Below, one piece after another: positions 60,404 through 64,000 of a stretch of 64,000 nt of DNA. Each line of letters starts with the position of its first letter. Position 1 is the stretch's first letter. The translations under genes and the position numbers were made by a program. The notes under the pieces were generated by a model. The model did no database searches and had not been told where the DNA came from. It saw only the letters and a list, made by a program, of their open reading frames with translations. Location: contig CAWFNT010000004.1 of assembly GCA_963817255.1 (NCBI GenBank), forward strand, positions 168,001 to 232,000. Reading direction: 5' to 3'. Source of the DNA: an uncultured Actinomycetes bacterium (GTDB lineage: Bacteria > Actinomycetota > Coriobacteriia > Anaerosomatales > CAVRZR01).

Positions 60404-60511
60404 GGCCGTCGGGGTGGCCGCACGTAGCGGCGAGATCGCGTCTTCTTGGTGCGAGTCGGCATGCGTGGATGTCGGGGCTGACTGCTAGAATCCGCCCCGA
60501 GGAGGGATGCA

Positions 60512-61816
60512 GTGCCTGACGACCGCGCCCTGAGTGTCACTGAAGCCATGAGCGCCGCGAAGCGCGCGCTCGAGGGCGTGCAGCTGCGCGTCATCGGCGA
60601 GGTCTCGGAGTTCAACGACAAGCCCGGATACAAGGCCGCCTACTTCTCCGTCTGCGACAGGGGCGCCTCGATGCCCTGCATGATGTGGCGAGACGACTAC
60701 CGCGACTCCGGCACTACCCTGGAGTGCGGCATGCTCGTCGAGCTTGCCGGCTACTTCTCGGCATACGTGCCCAAGGGCAGGATGCAGTTCATGGTCCGCT
60801 CGCTCACGGCCGCGGGGGAAGGCAAGCTCCGCCTGCAGGTCGCGGCGCTCGCGCGAGCCCTTGAGGCCGAGGGACTCATGCGACCGGAGCGCAAACGCCC
60901 GCTGCCCCCGTTCCCCGAGCGGATCGCTGTGGTCACTTCGCCGCGGGGCAAGGCGGTCCACGATGTGGTACGCACGCTGCACCGCAGATACCCGCTGGCC
61001 GAGCTGCTCGTCGCAGGCGTTCAGGTGGAGGGGGCGGATGCGCCCGCCGAGATCGTCGAGGGGCTGCGGGCTGCCGCCGCAGCGGCACCTGACGTCGTGT
61101 TGCTGGTTCGCGGGGGCGGCAGCTACGAAGACCTCATGCCGTTCAACAGCGAGCAGGTCGCGCGTGCGGTGGCGGCCATGCCCATGCCGGTCGTCACGGG
61201 GGTAGGCCACGAGCCGGACACTTCGATCGCGGACATGGTGGCCGACGTGCGCGCCTCGACGCCGACAGCGGCGGCCGAAGCGGTCGCTCCGGACCTGGGA
61301 GACGTGAGGGCGCGTCTCGGGCAGGAGGCGAGGGCACTGGGGCGGTCGCTTGCCCACCAACTTCAAAGCGCCGTGCACCGTGTGACCCGCTGCGCCGAGA
61401 GGCCGGTCTTCTCCGAGCCCCGAGTGCTGCTCGGTCCGGCGTCGCAGACGCTCGACATCCTCGAGACCGCACTCAGGCGGGCGATCCCGGCACGCCTGGA
61501 ACGAGACGCGCGCGTCCTTGCGGTCCAGCGCGACCGTCTCGCCGGCGTTGGTGCACGCGTCCTGGAACGGCCCAGTGCGGCCTTTCGACTGGCTGCGGCG
61601 CGTCTGGACGACCTCTCGCCGCTGGCCATCCTTGGCAGAGGGTATGCGGTGTGCTTCGCCGAGGACGGCCGTACGATCATTCGAAGCACGGCAGCAGTAG
61701 CTCGCGACGACCGTCTGCGGGTGCGTGTGGCCGACGGGTCGATCAACTGCCGAGTCGACGATACGGAGAGAGTCGCGGGCGATCACGGTCGCGCGGACGG
61801 GATGGAGGGAGTGTAG
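60512..61816 (+). CDS. xseA: exodeoxyribonuclease VII large subunit
   Basis: N-terminal OB-fold (..VIGEVSEF..), ..IAVVTSPRGKAVHDV.. and ..RGGGSYEDLMPFN.., typical of XseA. Confidence 0.9.
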   Translation: MPDDRALSVTEAMSAAKRALEGVQLRVIGEVSEFNDKPGYKAAYFSVCDRGASMPCMMWRDDYRDSGTTLECGMLVELAGYFSAYVPKGRMQFMVRSLTAAGEGKLRLQVAALARALEAEGLMRPERKRPLPPFPERIAVVTSPRGKAVHDVVRTLHRRYPLAELLVAGVQVEGADAPAEIVEGLRAAAAAAPDVVLLVRGGGSYEDLMPFNSEQVARAVAAMPMPVVTGVGHEPDTSIADMVADVRASTPTAAAEAVAPDLGDVRARLGQEARALGRSLAHQLQSAVHRVTRCAERPVFSEPRVLLGPASQTLDILETALRRAIPARLERDARVLAVQRDRLAGVGARVLERPSAAFRLAAARLDDLSPLAILGRGYAVCFAEDGRTIIRSTAAVARDDRLRVRVADGSINCRVDDTERVAGDHGRADGMEGV

Positions 61817-62071
61817 ATGGGCGAAGCCACAGTGCTGCCGGAGGACCTGTCTTTCGGCGAGGCGCTTCAGGAGCTCGAATCGATCGTCGCCGCGCTCGAG
61901 GGCGGACAGCTCGAGCTCGAAGAGAGCCTGACGAGATACGAACGCGGAGTCGCGCTGCTGCGCGCGTTGCAGACGAGGCTTGCCGACGCGCAACAGAAGG
62001 TGACGGTGCTCATCGGCGAGCTGGAGTCAGAGGCGGGAGACACCGAGACTTCCGGGCCCGCCGCGGAGTAG
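61817..62071 (+). CDS. xseB: exodeoxyribonuclease VII small subunit
   Basis: ..FGEALQELESIVAALEGGQLELEESLTRYERGVALLRALQTRL.. is the XseB pattern. It starts 1 nt after the xseA stop. Confidence 0.9.
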   Translation: MGEATVLPEDLSFGEALQELESIVAALEGGQLELEESLTRYERGVALLRALQTRLADAQQKVTVLIGELESEAGDTETSGPAAE

Positions 62072-62235
62072 GAGCCCGACCTCGCGAGGGGTTCGGCAGT
62101 TGCTCCGCGGATGAGCCGGCGGGCGGCAGTCGCGCAGTGGTGTTCGCGCCGCTTGCGCTACCATCGCAGACGACGCGAGACGCGGTCGAGGGCTCGTCGA
62201 GCCCACGTCTCCCGCCTGCGAGTGATCTCAGACAC

Positions 62236-62598
62236 GTGGAGGCCGAGTTGGAGGACTGCATCTTCTGCAAGATCGGTCGGGGCGAGGCCGAGGCGGCGAT
62301 CGTGTATGAGGACGACCTCGTCATCGCGTTTGACGACATCTGGCCGCAGGCGCCCGTGCACACACTCATCATCCCGCGCGCCCACTATGAGAGTCCGGGC
62401 GACGGACTGCCCGCCGACCTGATGGCTGCCCTGTGCGCCGCCATCCCCGTCGTCGCCGAGGCCAAGGGCGTGACCCATACCGGCTATCGGATCATCGTGA
62501 ACGTGGGTCGCGACGCGCGGCAGAGCGTGCCGCACATGCACATACACGTCCTCGGCGGGAAGGCCATGACACACGGCATGGTCAACTTCGCCGAATGA
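62236..62598 (+). CDS. HIT (histidine triad) family protein
   Basis: GTG at 62236. Motifs are CIFCKI, ..APVHTLIIPR.. and the histidine triad HMHIHVLGG. Confidence 0.9.
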   Translation: MEAELEDCIFCKIGRGEAEAAIVYEDDLVIAFDDIWPQAPVHTLIIPRAHYESPGDGLPADLMAALCAAIPVVAEAKGVTHTGYRIIVNVGRDARQSVPHMHIHVLGGKAMTHGMVNFAE

Positions 62599-62620
62599 GA
62601 CCCGGGTAACGGAGTCAGCG

Positions 62621-64000
62621 GTGCCCGAGACAGTACCGGTCGGGTTCGAACCCGACCTGACGACGGTGTGGGTCGAGCGTGGATCGACCGTCCTCGATGG
62701 CCGCAAGGCTGGCCGGGCGCCGCATCGACGCCCCCTGCGCAGGCCGTGGCGTGTGCGGCGGCTGCGGTGTGAGGGTGTTGGAGGGCTCGCTCGCTCCGCC
62801 CGACGAGGCGGAGATGGCCGGGCTGCGCGTGGCCCCGAGCGGAATTCGGCTTGCGTGCCGGGCCACGATCGACGGTCCCGTAGTCGTCCGACCCATCGTG
62901 GCCCGTACGGCCCGCGCGGTACCGCGGCCGTCGGGCACCAAGTTCGCCGCAGGCAGGCCTGCCGAGGGCAAGCCCACCGTTGCGGGAGTGGACCTGGGCA
63001 CGAGCACGCTTGCCGCTACCGTGGTGGAATCGGAAAGCCGCATCGAGATCGGGCGTGGCGGCGTCTCCAATAGGCAGTCCATGTGGGGCGCCGACGTGCT
63101 GAGCAGGGTCTCCGCCGCGCAATCCGGAGACGCCGAGGCCTTGAGGCAGGCCGCCGAGGAGAGCGTTCTCGACGTTCTCGCGTCCGCGTGCTTCGAGGAG
63201 GGTCTGTGCCTGAGGAGCATCGAGCGGCTCGTCATCGCCGGCAATTCAGCGATGGCGGGGTTGCTGCTCGGGCTGGATGTCTCGGGACTCGGCGCCCACC
63301 CGTTCACCGCTCCCTACGCGGGCGTGCGGTCGTTGCCGGAGGGCAGCTCGGTGACGAAGGCGCTCGCACAAGGGGCGCAAGCCGTTGTGTTGCCGCCACT
63401 GGCAGGCTTCGTAGGTGGCGACGTGCTCGCAGGCCTCGTTGCCGAGGGTTTTGGCGCCGGCCGCGGCGGACTCTATCTCGACCTCGGCACGAATGCGGAA
63501 GTCGTCCGGTCGACAGGCAGCGGAGGGCTCGTTGTCGCTTCGGCAGCTGCCGGGCCCGCCTTCGAGGCAGGCGGGATCTCCAGCGGCGGTCCGGCCGCCG
63601 AGGGAGCGATCCAGCGCGTGTCCTACGATGCAGCGCGGGGGCTGGAACTCGACGTGATCGGGGGAGTCGAGCCCGGCTGGCTCTGCGGAAGCGGCCTGGT
63701 GTCGGCTATCGCGCTGCTGCGTCGCCTCGGCCATCTTGCCGATGACGGGTTGCTCTCGAGCTCAGGACCGCTCGAGGAGCTGTTCTTCGACGACCACGGA
63801 GTCCGATCGCTTCGGCTCGCCGGGTCGGAGATGGGGAGCGCAACCCGCGAGCGCCGCGGGTCGTCGCCGACAGCGCCGCGTCAGTCGACGGAGCGGATGC
63901 GCGTCACGCTGACACAGCTCGACGTGAGGGCGTTCCAGCTCGCGAAGGCGGCCGTTCGGTCCGCGATCGAGTCGGTGTCGCGCGATGCGGCCGCTGGAGC
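62621..64000 (+). CDS. 2Fe-2S ferredoxin-domain / ASKHA (DUF4445, RACo-like) protein; frameshifted near the 5' end and truncated by the window edge
   Basis: GTG at 62621 encodes ..VGFEPDLTTVWVERGSTVLD. Removing one G at 62699-62700 continues as AARLAGRRIDAPCAGRGVCGGCGVRV (plant-type ferredoxin Cys pattern). This is followed by ASKHA blocks GVDLGTSTLAA, VIAGNSAM and LDLGTNAEV. The frame stays open to the window end. Confidence 0.75.

Overview
G+C-rich bacterial chromosomal segment with about 65 protein genes and 3 tRNAs (Cys-GCA, Gly-GCC, Val-GAC). I found no rRNA, CRISPR array, transposase or integrase. Gene content looks Gram-positive-like (Amidase_3, CcdA, RsbU/V/W-type partner switching, DrrAB-type ABC pumps, strong GGAGG-type ribosome-binding sites) but includes sigma-54. 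My guess is an anaerobic actinobacterial-type or related lineage; this is low-confidence inference. Content from left to right: (1) secreted or cell-surface proteins, including FN3, S8 protease, DUF4091-like, Ig-like, HExxH, YVTN and 45-aa-repeat propeller proteins, several sharing a terminal beta-sandwich module; (2) a radical-SAM / B12-radical-SAM / aminotransferase / PHP operon; (3) a CsoR-type metal regulon (trxA-fmdB-DUF302, csoR, CDF exporter) with two near-identical palindromic operators; (4) an rpoN / histidine kinase / NtrC-type activator cassette, followed directly by a textbook -24/-12 promoter; (5) CopZ and CcdA; (6) a GAF-PP2C sensor with a fused STAS-kinase; (7) a nitroreductase / HAD / AlkP-like / UbiD-UbiA-UbiX block; (8) two ABC-2 exporter pairs; (9) a cNMP-binding histidine kinase with a membrane-anchored receiver; (10) a NifQ-like gene next to a Tup-type tungstate/molybdate ABC transporter; (11) housekeeping genes (cspA, rnd, xseAB, HIT). 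Two caveats apply across the window. First, at least 13 genes are split by single-base indels, almost all an extra G or C in a short homopolymer, which looks like consensus error rather than biology, so I merged the ORF fragments. Second, TAG is the dominant stop codon. The most interesting candidate is the NifQ-like gene: an in-frame TGA sits exactly at the first Cys of the conserved Cx4Cx2Cx5C metal-cluster motif and is followed by a SECIS-like hairpin. That makes it a possible selenocysteine-containing Mo/W-trafficking protein, unless it is a TGC/TGT-to-TGA substitution.
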